Shown: positions 1 to 19,842 of the stretch, piece by piece
Layout of the letters: the number at the start of each line of letters is the position of its first letter
Numbering within the stretch: position 1 is the first letter of the stretch
Program-made: the position numbers and the translations under genes
Source of the DNA: the human T2T-CHM13v2.0 reference genome, Homo sapiens
DNA length: 64,000 nucleotides
NCBI RefSeq assembly: GCF_009914755.1
Contig: NC_060948.1
Direction: 5' to 3' (one strand)
The notes under the pieces: model-generated
What the model was told of the DNA's origin: nothing
Database searches by the model: none
The model's input: only the letters and a program-made list of their open reading frames with translations

Positions 1-268
1 TACAAATATATATATTATATATCATATATGATATAGTACCTTTGTTATATATCATAATACATATAAATGTGTATTATGTTATCTATAATTATATAATTTC
101 ATATATAAGATGTATAATATGTATTATATATTATATATGTTATGTAATATATATAGTATATATAAGATGACACAGGATAAATATTATGTACTATGACATA
201 TAAAATATATGAGGTTATACGTTACATATAAGGCATAGCACATAACATGTAATATATATCATATATAA

Positions 269-560
269 TTTTTTTTTAGACAGATTCTTGTCCTGTTGCA
301 CAGGGTGGAGTACAATGGCGCCATCTTTGCTCTCTGCAACATCTGCCTCACGGGTCCAAGCGATTGTCCTCCCTCAGCCTCCCAGGTAGCTGGGACTACA
401 CCACACTGGGACTACACCAGCTGCCACCATGCCTAGCTAATTTTTTGGATTTTTAGTAGTGACAGCGTTTCACTGTAATGGCCAGGATGGTCTTGATCTC
501 TTCACCTTGTGATCCCCTTGCCTTGGCCTCCAAATTTGCTGGGATTACAGGCCTGAGCCA
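269..560 (-). mobile_element. Decayed, near-full-length Alu (AluY/S-like), DYZ2 unit 1
   Basis: Antisense Alu: T9-agacag..ggagtacaatggcg..cctcagcctccca..gctaattttttggatttttagtag..ggatggtcttgatctc..ccttgtgatcc..gctgggattacaggcctgagcca. The 5'-terminal GGCCGGGCGCGG is missing, most CpGs have decayed, and there is an internal 16-bp duplication. Confidence 0.95.
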
Positions 561-1132
561 AGATCCATATTTTTTAAATGAAAAAAAATTTCAAATGTAC
601 TCTGCTTGGTACAATAATCAAATGTATAAACTGAGCAATAAAACATAACCATGAAACCTACTTATAACTGCATATGGAAAATACAGAGGATAATTTTTTA
701 AATAACATATTTTGAAAGCCTTAACTAGTAATTTGAAGAGTTGGCATTTGAAAGGCCAGTATGAATATACCTTCAAAGCAGCAACACAGGTTCCCCATGA
801 GAAAAAGCAAACTCAGGGAAAATAAAACCACAAAGGTTCAATCTCTTCTGACCTTTGAAAGACACAGCACAGACAGTGGTCCTTAGGACGAAGAGCAGGA
901 GACCCCTAATTCCGTCACCATGGCGATAGGGCATAAACATTGCTGGGTGAGGGCACAATCCACATTGTGAGGTCCAACTGCTGCCAGGAAGACAGGAGTG
1001 CTTTTACATAGACCGAAAGGTCATTGAAGGCTCAGAGTTTTGTTTCAAGAACTGAATCCCAAGCCCACACGTTATTAGGCTGCGCTTCTTAAAACAAGTT
1101 ATGAGATGGGAAAAAGGGCACCCACAAACATA
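561..1132. repeat. HSATI segment of the DYZ2 unit (representative copy; follows every Alu)
   Basis: ~570 bp of moderate-complexity sequence (agatccatattttttaaatg...aagggcacccacaaacata), near-identical in all 13 units. The HSATI name is from recognition of the DYZ2 architecture; boundaries are approximate. Confidence 0.8.
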
Positions 1133-2978
<1,846 letters not shown>

Positions 2979-5020
2979 AGATCCATATTTCTTAAATGAA
3001 AAAAAATTTCAAAGGTACTCTGCTTGGTACAATAATCAAATGTATAAACTGAGGAATAAAACATAACCATGAAACCTACTTATAACTGCATATTGGAAAT
3101 ACAGAGGATAATTTTTTAAATAACATATTTTGAAAGCCTTAACCAGTAATTTGAAGAGTTGGCATTTGAAAGGCCAGTATGAATATAACTTCAAAGCAGC
3201 AACACAGGTTCCCCATGAGAAAAAGCAAACTCAGGGAAAATAAAACCACAAAGGTTCAATCTCTTCTGACCTTTGAAAGACACAGCACAGACAGTGGTCC
3301 TTAGGACGAAGAGCAGGAGACCCCTAATTCCGTCACCATGGCGATAGGGCATAAACATTGCTGGGTGAGGGCACAATCCACATTGTGAGGTCCAACTGCT
3401 GCCAGGAAGACAGGAGTGCTTTTACATAGACCGAAAGGTCATTGAAGGCTCAGAGTTTTGTTTCAAGAAGTGAATCCCAAGCCCACACGTTATTAGGCCA
3501 CTATGTATATAATAATATACAGTATCATATATATAATATATATAACCTATGTATAATATCGTTTTACATCCTGCATCTTATATATATTGTATAAAATATA
3601 ATAATTGATAATATATAAGTTTTATATTTACACAATATGACATATAGTATATATTATAATTTATGACATATATAATATATGTTATATATCATATATAGAA
3701 TATATTATACGGTTAATATACGTATTAAATATAAATTATACATTATATATATTATATATAATATATCTGTTATATATAATACCCATTATGCATAATATAT
3801 ATATAATGTCTATGTTATATATACTATAAAACAACATATAATAATATATAATTGTATATATAAAATGCGACATATAATATATATTATATTTTATGACATA
3901 TGTTATATATATTATATATTTTATATAATATGTTGTATGTATAATACCTATGTTAAATATATATTATATGACTATGTTATAAATTACATGTCACATATGT
4001 TATATATTATATATTTTACATAGAATATACCGGTTACATACAATATATACTATGTTACCTATAATGTATAATTGATTACATGTAAAATAAAGAATGCAAT
4101 ATATTATGTATAATTTATAATATACAATATGTGGAATGTGATATATATAACATATAATATATGATATATGATATACAGTATATGATATATAACATACAAT
4201 ATATGATACCTAATATATATGGCATACAATATATATTTTATCATATGTATTCTATATGTTTTATATTCTGTTATATATAACTATTTGAAATTATATATAA
4301 CTGTATAATATTTTATGTAAATATATAATATACTATATATAACTATATAATATATTATATATAACTATATATTATGTTATATATACTTTTATAACATAAT
4401 TTACATAAAATGTCATAATATAATATATATTATATTATTTCATATTACATAATATATATTACATATCACCCAATATAAGTAACATACATAATATTATAAT
4501 ATAGACTATATTATGTTATATTAAATATCATATATATCATGTATCATATATCCTATAATATATATTACACATTATAGAATATGTATGTTGTATATTATGT
4601 GATATATATAACTATATATATAATTATATTATTATACATATAACTAGATAAACATGTAATTCTACATAATTTCATTTATAATATATAGAATTATATAATC
4701 ATATATAATTATTTATATTCTATAAAAAGTTATATCCTTATATAAATTATAATATAAAAAAATTATAATATGTACTACAAATATATATATTATATATCAT
4801 ATATGATATAGTACCTTTGTTATATATCATAATACATATAAGTGTGTATTATGTTATCTATAATTATATAATTTCATATATAAGATGTATAATATGTATT
4901 ATATATTGTCTATGTTATGTAATATATATAGTATATATAAGCTGACACAGGATAAATATTATATACTATGACATATAGAATATATGAGTTTATATGTTAC
5001 ATATAAGGCATAGTACATAA

Positions 5021-5335
<315 letters not shown>

Positions 5336-7447
5336 AGATCTATATTTTTTAAATGAAAAAAAATTTCAAAGTTACTCTGCTTGGTACAATAATCAAATGT
5401 ATAAACTGAGGAATAAAACATAACCATGAAACCTACTTATAACTGCATATGGAAAATACAGAGGATAATTTTTTAAATAACATATTTTGAAACCCTTAAC
5501 TAGTAATTTGAAGAGTTGGCATTTGAAAGGCCCGTATGAATATACCTTCAAAGCAGCAACACAGGTTCCCCATGAGAAACAGCAAACCCAGGGAAAATAA
5601 AACCACAAAGGTTCAATCTCTTCTGACCTTTGAAAGACACAGCACAGACAGTGGTCCTTAGGACGAAGAGCAGGAGACCCCTAATTCCGTCACCATGGCG
5701 ATAGGGCATAAACATTGTTGGGTGAGGGCACAATCCACATTGAGAGGTCCAACTGCTGCCAGGAAGACAGGAGTGCTTTTACATAGACCGAAAGGTCACT
5801 GAAGGCTCAGAGTTTTGTTTCAAGAACTGAATCCCAAGCCCACACGTTATTAGGCTGCGCTTCTTAAAACAAGTTATGAGATGGGAAAAAGGGCACCCAC
5901 AAACATACGTATACATTAGGTATATAATAATATACAGTATCATATATATAATATATATAACCTATGTATAATATTGTTTTACATCCTGCATCTTATATTA
6001 TATATATTGTAAAAAATATAATAATTGATAATATATAAGTTTTATATTTATACAATATGACATATAGTATATATTATAATTTATGACATATATTATATAT
6101 GTTATATATCATATATAGAATATATTATACGGTTAATATACGTATTAAATATAAATTATACATTATATATATTATATATAATATATCTGCTATATATAAT
6201 ACCCATTATGCATAATATATATATTATGTCTATGTTATATATAGTATAAAACAACATATAATAATATTTAATTGTATATATAAAATGCGACATATAATAT
6301 ATATTATATTTTATGACATATGTAATATATATTATATATTATATATAATACGTTGTATGTATAATACCTATATTAAATATATATTATATGACTATGTTAT
6401 TAATTACATGTCACATATGTTATATATTATATATTTTACATAGAATGTACCGGTTACATATAATATATACTATGATACCTATAATGTATAATTTATTACA
6501 TGTAAAATAAAGAATGCAATATATTATGTATAATTTATAATATACAATATGTGGAATGTGATACATATAACATATAATATATGTTATATGATATACAGTA
6601 TATGATATATAACATACAATATATGATACCTAATATATATGGTATACAACATATATTTTATGATATGTATTCTATATGTTTTATATTCTGTTATATATAA
6701 CTATTTGAAATTATATGTAACTGTATAATATTTTATGTAAATATGTAATATAATATATACAACTATATAATATATTATATATAACTATATATTATGTTAT
6801 ATATACTTTTATAACATAATTTACCTAAAATATCATAATAAAATATATATTATATTATTTCACATTACGTAATATATATTACATATCACCCAATATAAGT
6901 AACACACATAATATTATAATATAGATTATACTATGTTATATTAAATCTCATATATATCATGTATCATATATTCTATAATATATATTATACATTATATAAT
7001 ATGTATGTTGTCTATTATGTGATATATATAACTATATATATAATTATATTATTATACATATAACTAGATAAACATGTAATTCTACATATTTTCATTTATA
7101 ATATATAGAATTATATAATCATATATAATTATTTATATTCTATAAAAAATTATATCATTATATAAAATATAATATATAAAAATTATAATATGTACTACAA
7201 ATATATATATTATATATCATATATGATATAGTACCTTTGTTATATATCATAATACATATAAATGTGTATTATGTTATTGATAATTATATAATTTCATATA
7301 TAAGATATATAATATGTATTATATATTATATATGTTATGTAATATATATAGTATATATAAGCTGACACAGGATAAATATTATATACTATGACATATAAAA
7401 TATATGAGGTTATATGTTACATATAAGGCATATCACATAACATGTAA

Positions 7448-7756
<309 letters not shown>

Positions 7757-9861
7757 AGATCCATATTTTTTAAATGAAAAAAAATTTCAAAGGTACTCTG
7801 CTTGGTACAATAATCAAATGTATAAACTGAGGAATAAAACATAACCATGAAACCTACTTATAACTGCATATGGAAAATACAGAGGATAATTTTTTAAATA
7901 ACATATTTTGAAAGCCTTAACTAGTAATTTGAAGAGTTGGCATTTGAAAGGCCAGTATGAATATACCTTCAAAGCAGCAACACAGGTTCCCCATGAGAAA
8001 AAGCAAACTCAGGGAAAATAAAACCACAAAGGTTCAATCTCTTCTGACCTTAGAAAGACACAGCACAGACAGTGGTCCTTAGGACGAAGAGCAGGAGACC
8101 CCTAATTCCGTCACCATGGAGATAGGGCATAAACATTGCTGGGTGAGGGCACAATCCACATTGTGAGGTCCAACTGCTGCCAGGAAGACAGGAGTGCTTT
8201 TACATAGACCGAAAGGTCATTGAAGGCTCAGAGTTTTGTTTCAAGAACTGAATCCCAAGCCCACACGTTATAAGGCTGCACTTCTTAAAACAAGTTATGA
8301 GATGGGAAAAAGGGCACCCACAAACATACGTATACATTATGTATATAATAATATACAGTATCATATATATAATATATATAACCTATGTATAATATTGTTT
8401 TACATCCTGCATCTTATATTATATATATTGTATAAAATATAATAATTGATAATATATAAGTTTTATATTTATACAATATGACATATAGTATGTATTATAA
8501 TTTATGACATATATTATGTATGTTATATATCATATATAGAATATATTATACGGTTCATGTACGTATTAAATATGAATTATACATTATATATATTATACAT
8601 AATATATCTGTTATATATAATACCCTTTATGAATAATATATCTATTATGTCTATGTTATATATAGTATAAAACAACATATAATAATATATAATTGTATAT
8701 ATAAAATGCGACATATAATATATATTATATTTTATGACATATGTAATATATATTATATATTATATATAATACGTTGTATGTATAATACCTATATTAAATA
8801 TATATTATATGACTATGTTATTAATTACATGTCACATATGTTATATATTATATATTTTACATAGAATATACCGGTTACATACAATATATACTGTGTTACC
8901 TATCATGTATAATTGATTACATGTAAAATAAAGAATGCAATATATTATGTATAATTTATAATATACAATATGTGGAATGTGATACATATAACATATAATA
9001 TATGTTATATGATATACAGTATATGATATATAACATACAATATATGATACCTAATATATATGGTATACAATATATATTTTATGATGTGTATTCTATATGT
9101 TTTATATTCTGTTATATATAACTATTTGAAATTATATGTAACTGTATAATATTTTATGTAAATATGTAATATAATATATACAACTATATAATATATTATA
9201 TATAACTATATATTATGTTATATATACTTTTATAACATAATTTACATAAAATATCATAATATAATATATATTATATTATTTCACATTACGTAATATATAT
9301 TATATATCACCCAATATAAGTAACATACATAATATTATAATATAGGTTAGATTATGTTATATTAAATATCATATATATCATGTATCGTATATTCTATAAT
9401 ATATATTATACATTATATAATATGTATGTTGTCTATTATGTGATATATATAACTATATATATAATTATATTATTATACATATAACTAGATAAACATGTAA
9501 TTCTACATATTTTCATTTATAATATATAGAATTATATAATCATATACAATTATTTATATTCTATAAAAAATTATATCATTATATAAATTATAATATATAA
9601 AAATTATAACATGTACTACAAATATATATATTATATATCATATATGATATAGTACCTTTGTTATATATCATAATACATATAAATGTGTATTATGTTATCT
9701 ATAATTATATAATTTCATATATGAGATGCATAATATGTATTATATATTATATATGTTATGTAATATATATAGTATATATAAGATGACGCAGGATAAATAT
9801 TATATACTATGACATATAAAATATATGAGGTTATATGTTACATATAAGGCATAGCACATAA

Positions 9862-10176
<315 letters not shown>

Positions 10177-12275
10177 AGATCCATATTTTTTAAAAGAAAA
10201 AAAATTTCAAAGGTACTCTGCTTGGTACAATAATCAAATGTATAAACTGAGGAATAAAACATAACCATGAAACCTACTTATAACTGTATACGGAAAATAC
10301 AGAGGATAATTTTTTAAATAACATATTTTGAAAGCCTTAACTAGTAATTTGAAGAGTTGGCATTTGAAAGGCCAGTATGAATACACCTTCAAAGCAGCAA
10401 CACAGGTTCCCCATGAGAAAAAGCAAACTCAGGGAAAATAAAACCACAAAGGTTCAATCTCTTCTGACCTTTGAAAGACACAGCACAGACAGTGGTCCTT
10501 AGGACGAAGAGCAGGAGACCCCTAATTCCGTCACCATGGCGATAGGGCATAAACAGTGCTGGGTGAGGGCACAATCCACATTGTGAGGTCCAACTGCTGC
10601 CAGGAAGACAGGAGTGCTTTTACATAGACCGAAAGGTCATTGAAGGCTCAGAGTTTTGTTTCAAGAACTGAATCCCAAGCCCACACGTTATTAGGCTGCG
10701 CTTCTTAAAACAAGTTATGAGATGGGAAAAAGGGCACCCACAAACATACGTATACATTATGTATGAAATAATATACAGTATCATATATATAATATATATA
10801 ACCTATGTATAATATTGTTTTACATCCTGCATCTTATATTATATATATTGTATAAAATATAATAATTGATAATATATAAGTTTTATATTTATACAATATG
10901 ACATATAGTATATATTATAATTTATGACATATATAATATATGTTATATATCATATATAGAATATATTATACGGTTAATATACGTATTAAATGTAAATTAT
11001 ACTTTATATATATTATATATATCTGTTATATATAATACCCATTATGCATAATATATATATTATGTCTATGTTATATATAGTATAAAACAACATATAATAA
11101 TATATAATTGTATATATAAAATGCGACATATAATATATATTATATTTTATGACATATGTAATATATATTATATATTATATATAATACGTTGTATGTATAA
11201 TACCTATATTAAATATATATTATATGACTATGTTATTAATTACATGTCACATATGTTATATATTATATATTTTACATAGAATATACCGGTTACATACAAT
11301 ATATACTATGTTACCTATAATGTATAATTTATTACATGTAAAATAAAGAATGCAATATATTATGTATAATTTATAATATACAATATGTGGAATGTGATAT
11401 ATATAACATATAATATATGATATATGATATACAGTATATGATATATAACATACAATATATGATACCTAATATATATGGTATACAATATATATTTTATGAT
11501 ATGTATTCTATATGTTTTATATTCTGTTATATATAACTATTTGAAATTATATATAACTGTATAATATTTTATGTAAATATGTAATATAATATATATAACC
11601 ATATAATATATTATATATAACTATATATTATGTTATATATACTTTTATAACATAATTTACATAAAATATCATAATATAATATATATTATATTATTTCATA
11701 TTACATAATATATATTACATATCACCCAATATAAGTAACATACATAATATTATAATATAGATTATATTATGTTATATTAAATATCATATATATCATGTAT
11801 CATATATCTATAATATATATTATACATTATATAATATGTATGTTGTCTATTATGTGATATATATAACTATATATATAATTATATTATTATACATATAACT
11901 AGATAAACATGTAATTCTACATATTTTCATTTATAATATATAGAATTATATAATCATATACAATTATTTATATTCTATAAAAAATTATATCATTATATAA
12001 ATTATAATATATAAAAATTATAACATGTACTACAAATATATATATTATATATCATATATGATATAGTACCTTTGTTATATATCATAATACATATAAATGT
12101 GTATTATGTTATCTACAATTATATAATTTCATATATAAGATGTATAATATGTATTATATATTATATATGTTATGTAATATATATAGTATATATAAGATGA
12201 CGCAGGATAAATATTATATACTATGACATATAAAATATATGAGGTTATATGTTACATATACGGCATAGCACATAA

Positions 12276-12590
<315 letters not shown>

Positions 12591-14687
12591 AGATCCATAT
12601 TTTTTAAAAGAAAAAAAATTTCAAAGGTACTCTGCTTGGTACAATAATCAAATGTATAAACTGAGGAATAAAACATAACCATGAAACCTACTTATAACTG
12701 TATACGGAAAATACAGAGGATAATTTTTTAAATAACATATTTTGAAAGCCTTAACTAGTAATTTGAAGAGTTGGCATTTGAAAGGCCAGTATGAATACAC
12801 CTTCAAAGCAGCAACACAGGTTCCCCATGAGAAAAAGCAAACTCAGGGAAAATAAAACCACAAAGGTTCAATCTCTTCTGACCTTTGAAAGACACAGCAC
12901 AGACAGTGGTCCTTAGGACGAAGAGCAGGAGACCCCTAATTCCGTCACCATGGCGATAGGGCATAAACATTGCTGGGTGAGGGCACAATCAACATTGTGA
13001 AGTCCAACTGCTGCCAGGAAGACAGGAGTGCTTTTACATAGACCGAAAGGTCATTGAAGGCTCAGAGTTTTGTTTCAAGAACTGAATCCCAAGCCCACAC
13101 GTTATTAGGCTGCGCTTCTTAAAACAAGTTATGAGATGGGAAAAAGGGCACCCACAAACATACGTATACATTATGTATGAAATAATATACAGTATCATAT
13201 ATATAATATATATAACCTATGTATAATATTGTTTTACATCCTGCATCTTATATTATATATATTGTATAAAATATAATAATTGATAATATATAAGTTTTAT
13301 ATTTATACAATATGACATATAGTATATATTATAATTTATGACATATATAATATATGTTATATATCATATATAGAATATATTATACGGTTAATATACGTAT
13401 TAAATGTAAATTATACTTTATATATATTATATATATCTGTTATATATAATACCCATTATGCATAATATATATATTATGTCTATGTTATATATAGTATAAA
13501 ACAACATATAATAATATATAATTGTATATATAAAATGCGACATATAATATATATTATATTTTATGACATATGTAATATATATTATATATTATATATAATA
13601 CGTTGTATGTATAATACCTATATTAAATATATATTATATGACTATGTTATTAATTACATGTCACATATGTTATATATTATATATTTTACATAGAATATAC
13701 CGGTTACATACAATATATACTATGTTACCTATAATGTATAATTTATTACATGTAAAATAAAGAATGCAATATATTATGTATAATTTATAATATACAATAT
13801 GTGGAATGTGATATATATAACATATAATATATGATATATGATATACAGTATATGATATATAACATACAATATATGATACCTAATATATATGGTATACAAT
13901 ATATATTTTATGATATGTATTCTATATGTTTTATATTCTGTTATATATAACTATTTGAAATTATATATAACTGTATAATATTTTATGTAAATATGTAATA
14001 TAATATATATAACCATATAATATATTATATATAACTATATATTATGTTATATATACTTTTATAACATAATTTACATAAAATATCATAATATAATATATAT
14101 TATATTATTTCATATTACATAATATATATTACATATCACCCAATATAAGTAACATACATAATATTATAATATAGATTATATTATGTTATATTAAATATCA
14201 TATATATCATGTATCATATATCTATAATATATATTATACATTATATAATATGTATGTTGTCTATTATGTGATATATATAACTATATATATAATTATATTA
14301 TTATACATATAACTAGATAAACATGTAATTCTACATATTTTCATTTATAATATATAGAATTATATAATCATATACAATTATTTATATTCTATAAAAAATT
14401 ATATCATTATATAAATTATAATATATAAAAATTATAACATGTACTACAAATATATATTATATATCATATATGATATAGTACCTTTGTTATATATCATAAT
14501 ACATATAAATGTGTATTATGTTATCTACAATTATATAATTTCATATATAAGATGTATAATATGTATTATATATTATATATGTTATGTAATATATATAGTA
14601 TATATAAGATGACGCAGGATAAATATTATATACTATGACATATAAAATATATGAGGTTATATGTTACATATACGGCATAGCACATAA

Positions 14688-15002
<315 letters not shown>

Positions 15003-17107
15003 AGATCCATATTTTTTAAAAGAAAAAAAATTTCAAAGGTACTCTGCTTGGTACAATAATCAAATGTATAAACTGAGGAATAAAACATAACCATGAAACC
15101 TACTTATAACTGTATACGGAAAATACAGAGGATAATTTTTTAAATAACATATTTTGAAAGCCTTAACTAGTAATTTGAAGAGTTGGCATTTGAAAGGCCA
15201 GTATGAATACACCTTCAAAGCAGCAACACAGGTTCCCCATGAGAAAAAGCAAACTCAGGGAAAATAAAACCACAAAGGTTCAATCTCTTCTGACCTTTGA
15301 AAGACACAGCACAGACAGTGGTCCTTAGGACGAAGAGCAGGAGACCCCTAATTCCGTCACCATGGCGATAGGGCATAAACATTGCTGGGTGAGGGCACAA
15401 TCCACATTGTGAGGTCCAACTGCTGCCAGGAAGACAGGAGTGCTTTTACATAGACCGAAAGGTCATTGAAGGCTCAGAGTTTTGTTTCAAGAACTGAATC
15501 CCAAGCCCACACGTTATTAGGCTGCGCTTCTTAAAACAAGTTATGAGATGGGAAAAAGGGCACCCACAAACATACGTATACATTATGTATATAATAATAT
15601 AAAGTATCATGTATATAATATATATAACCTATGTATAATATTGTTTTACATCCTGCATCTTATATTATATATATTGTATAAAATATAATAATTGATAATA
15701 TATAAGTTTTATATTTATACAATATGACATATAGTATATATTATAATTTATGTCATATATAATATATGTTATATATCATATATAGAATATATTATACGGT
15801 TAATATACGTATTAAATATAAATTATACATTATATATATTATATATAATATATCTGTTATTTATAATACCCATTATGCATAATATATATATTATGTCTAT
15901 GTTATATATAGTATAAAACAACACATAATAATATATAATTGTATATATAAAATGCGACATATAATATATATTATATTTTATGACATATGTAATATATATT
16001 ATATATTATATATAATACGTTGTATGTATAATACCTATATTAAATATATATTATATGACTATGTTATTAATTACATGTCACATGTGTTATATATTATTTA
16101 TTTTACACAGAATATACCGGTTACATACAATATATACTATGTTACCTACAATGTATAATTTATTACATGTAAAATAAAGAATGCGATATATTATGTATAA
16201 TTTATAATATACAATATGTGGAATGTGATATATATAACATATAATATATGATTTAGGATATACAGTATATGATATATAACATACACTATATGATACCTAA
16301 TATATATGGTATACAATATATATTTTATGATACGTATTCAATATGTTTTATATTCTGTTATATATAACTATTTGAAATTATATATAACTGTATAATATTT
16401 TATGTAAATATGTAATATAATATATATAACTATATAATATATTATATATAACTATATATTTTGTTATATATACTTTTATAACATAATTTACATAAAATAT
16501 CATAATATAATATATATTATATTATTTCATATTACATAATGTATATTACATATCACCCAATATAAGTAACATACATAATATTATAATATAGATTATATTA
16601 TGTTATATTAAATATCACATATATCATGTATCATATATTATATAATACATATTATACATTATATAATATGTATGTTGTCTATTATGTGATATATATAACT
16701 ATATATATAATTATATTATTATACATATATCTAGATAAACATGTAATTCTACATATTTTCATTTATAATATATAGAATTATATAATCATATATAATTATT
16801 TATATTCTATAAAAAATTATATCATTATATAAATTGTAATATATAAAAATTATAATATGTATTACAAATATATATATTATATATCATATATGATATAGTA
16901 CCTTTGTTATATATCATAATACATATAAATGTGTATTATGTTATCTATAATTATATAATTTAATATATAAGATGTATAATATGTATTATATATTATATAT
17001 GTTATGTAATATATATAGTATATATAAGATGACACAGGATAAATATTATATACTATGACATATAAAATATATGAGGTTATATGTTACATATAAGGCATAG
17101 CACATAA

Positions 17108-17422
<315 letters not shown>

Positions 17423-19527
17423 AGATCCATATTTTTTAAATGAAAAAAAATTTCAAAGGTACTCTGCTTGGTACAATAATCAAATGTATAAACTGAGGAA
17501 TAAAACATAACCATGAAACTTACTTATAACTGTATACGGAAAATACAGAGGATAATTTTTTAAATAACATATTTTGAAATCCTTAACTAGTAATTTGAAG
17601 AGTTGGCATTTGAAAGGCCAGTATGAATATACCTTCAAAGCAGCAACACAGGTTCCCCATGAGAAAAAGCAAACTCAGGGAAAATAAAACCACAAAGGTT
17701 CAATCTCTTCTGACCTTTGAAAGACACAGCACAGACAGTGGTCCTTAGGACGAAGAGCAGGAGAACCCTAATTCCGTCACCATGGCGATAGGGCATAAAC
17801 ATTGTTGGGTGAGGGCACAATCCACATTGTGAGGTCCAACTGCTGCCAGGAAGACAGGAGTGCTTTTACATAGACCGAAAGGTCATTGAAGGCTCAGAGT
17901 TTTGTTTCAAGAACTGAATCCCAAGCCCACACGTTATTAGGCTGCGCTTCTTAAAACAAGTTATGAGATGGGAAAAAGGGCACCCACAAACATACGTATA
18001 CATTATGTATATAATAATATACAGTATCATATATATAATATATATAACCTATGTATAATATTATTTTACATCCTGCATCTTATATTATATATATTGTATA
18101 AAATATAATAATTGATAATATATAAGTTTTATATTTATACAATATGACATATAGTATATATTATAATTTATGACATATATAAAATATGTTATATATCATA
18201 TATAGAATATATTATACGGTTAATATACGTATTAAATATAAATTATACATTATATATATTATATATAATATATCTGTTATCTATAATACCCATTATGCAT
18301 AATATATATATTATGTCTATGTTATATATAGTATAAAACAACATATAATAATATATAATTGTATATATAAAATGCGACCTATAATATATATTATATTTTA
18401 TGATATATGTAATATATATTATATATTATATATAATACGTTGTATGTATAATACCTATATTAAATATATATTATATGACTATGTTATTAATTACATGTCA
18501 CATATGTTATATATTATATATTTTACATAGAATATACCGGTTACATACAATATATACTATGTAACCTATAATGTATAATTTATTACATGTAAAATAAAGA
18601 ATGCAATATATTATGTATAATTTATAATATACAATATGTGGAATGTGATATATATAAGATATAATATATGATATAGGATATACAGTATATGATATATAAC
18701 ATACAATATATGATACCTAATATATATGGTATACAATATATATTTTATGATATGTATTCTATATGTTTTATATTCTGTTATATATAACTATTTGAAATTA
18801 TATATAACTGTATAATATTTTATGTAAATATGTAATATAATATATATAACTATATAATATATTATATATAACTATATATTATGTTATATATACTTTTATA
18901 ACATAATTTACATAAAATATCATAATATAATATATATTATATTATTTCATATTACATAACATATATTTGATATCACCCAATATAAGTAACATACATAATA
19001 TTATAATATAGATTATATTATGTTATATTAAATATCATATATATCATGTATCATATATTATATAATACATATTATACATTATATAATATGTATGTTGTCT
19101 ATTATGTGATATATATAACTATATATATAATTATATTACTATACATATATCCAGATAAACATGTAATTCTACATATTTTCATTTATAATATATAGAATTA
19201 TATAATCATATATAATTATTTATATTCTATAAAAAATTATATCATTATATAAATTATATTATATAAAAATTATAATATGTACTACAAATATATATATTAT
19301 ATATCATATATGATATAGTACCTTTGTTATATATCATAATACATATAAATGTGTATTATGTTATCTATAATTATATAATTTCATATATAAGATGTTTAAT
19401 ATGTATTATATATTATATACGTTATGTAATATATATAGTATACATAAGATGACACAGAATAAATATTATATACTATGACATATAAAATATATGAGGTTAT
19501 ATGTTACATATAAGGCATAGCACATAA

Positions 19528-19842
<315 letters not shown>

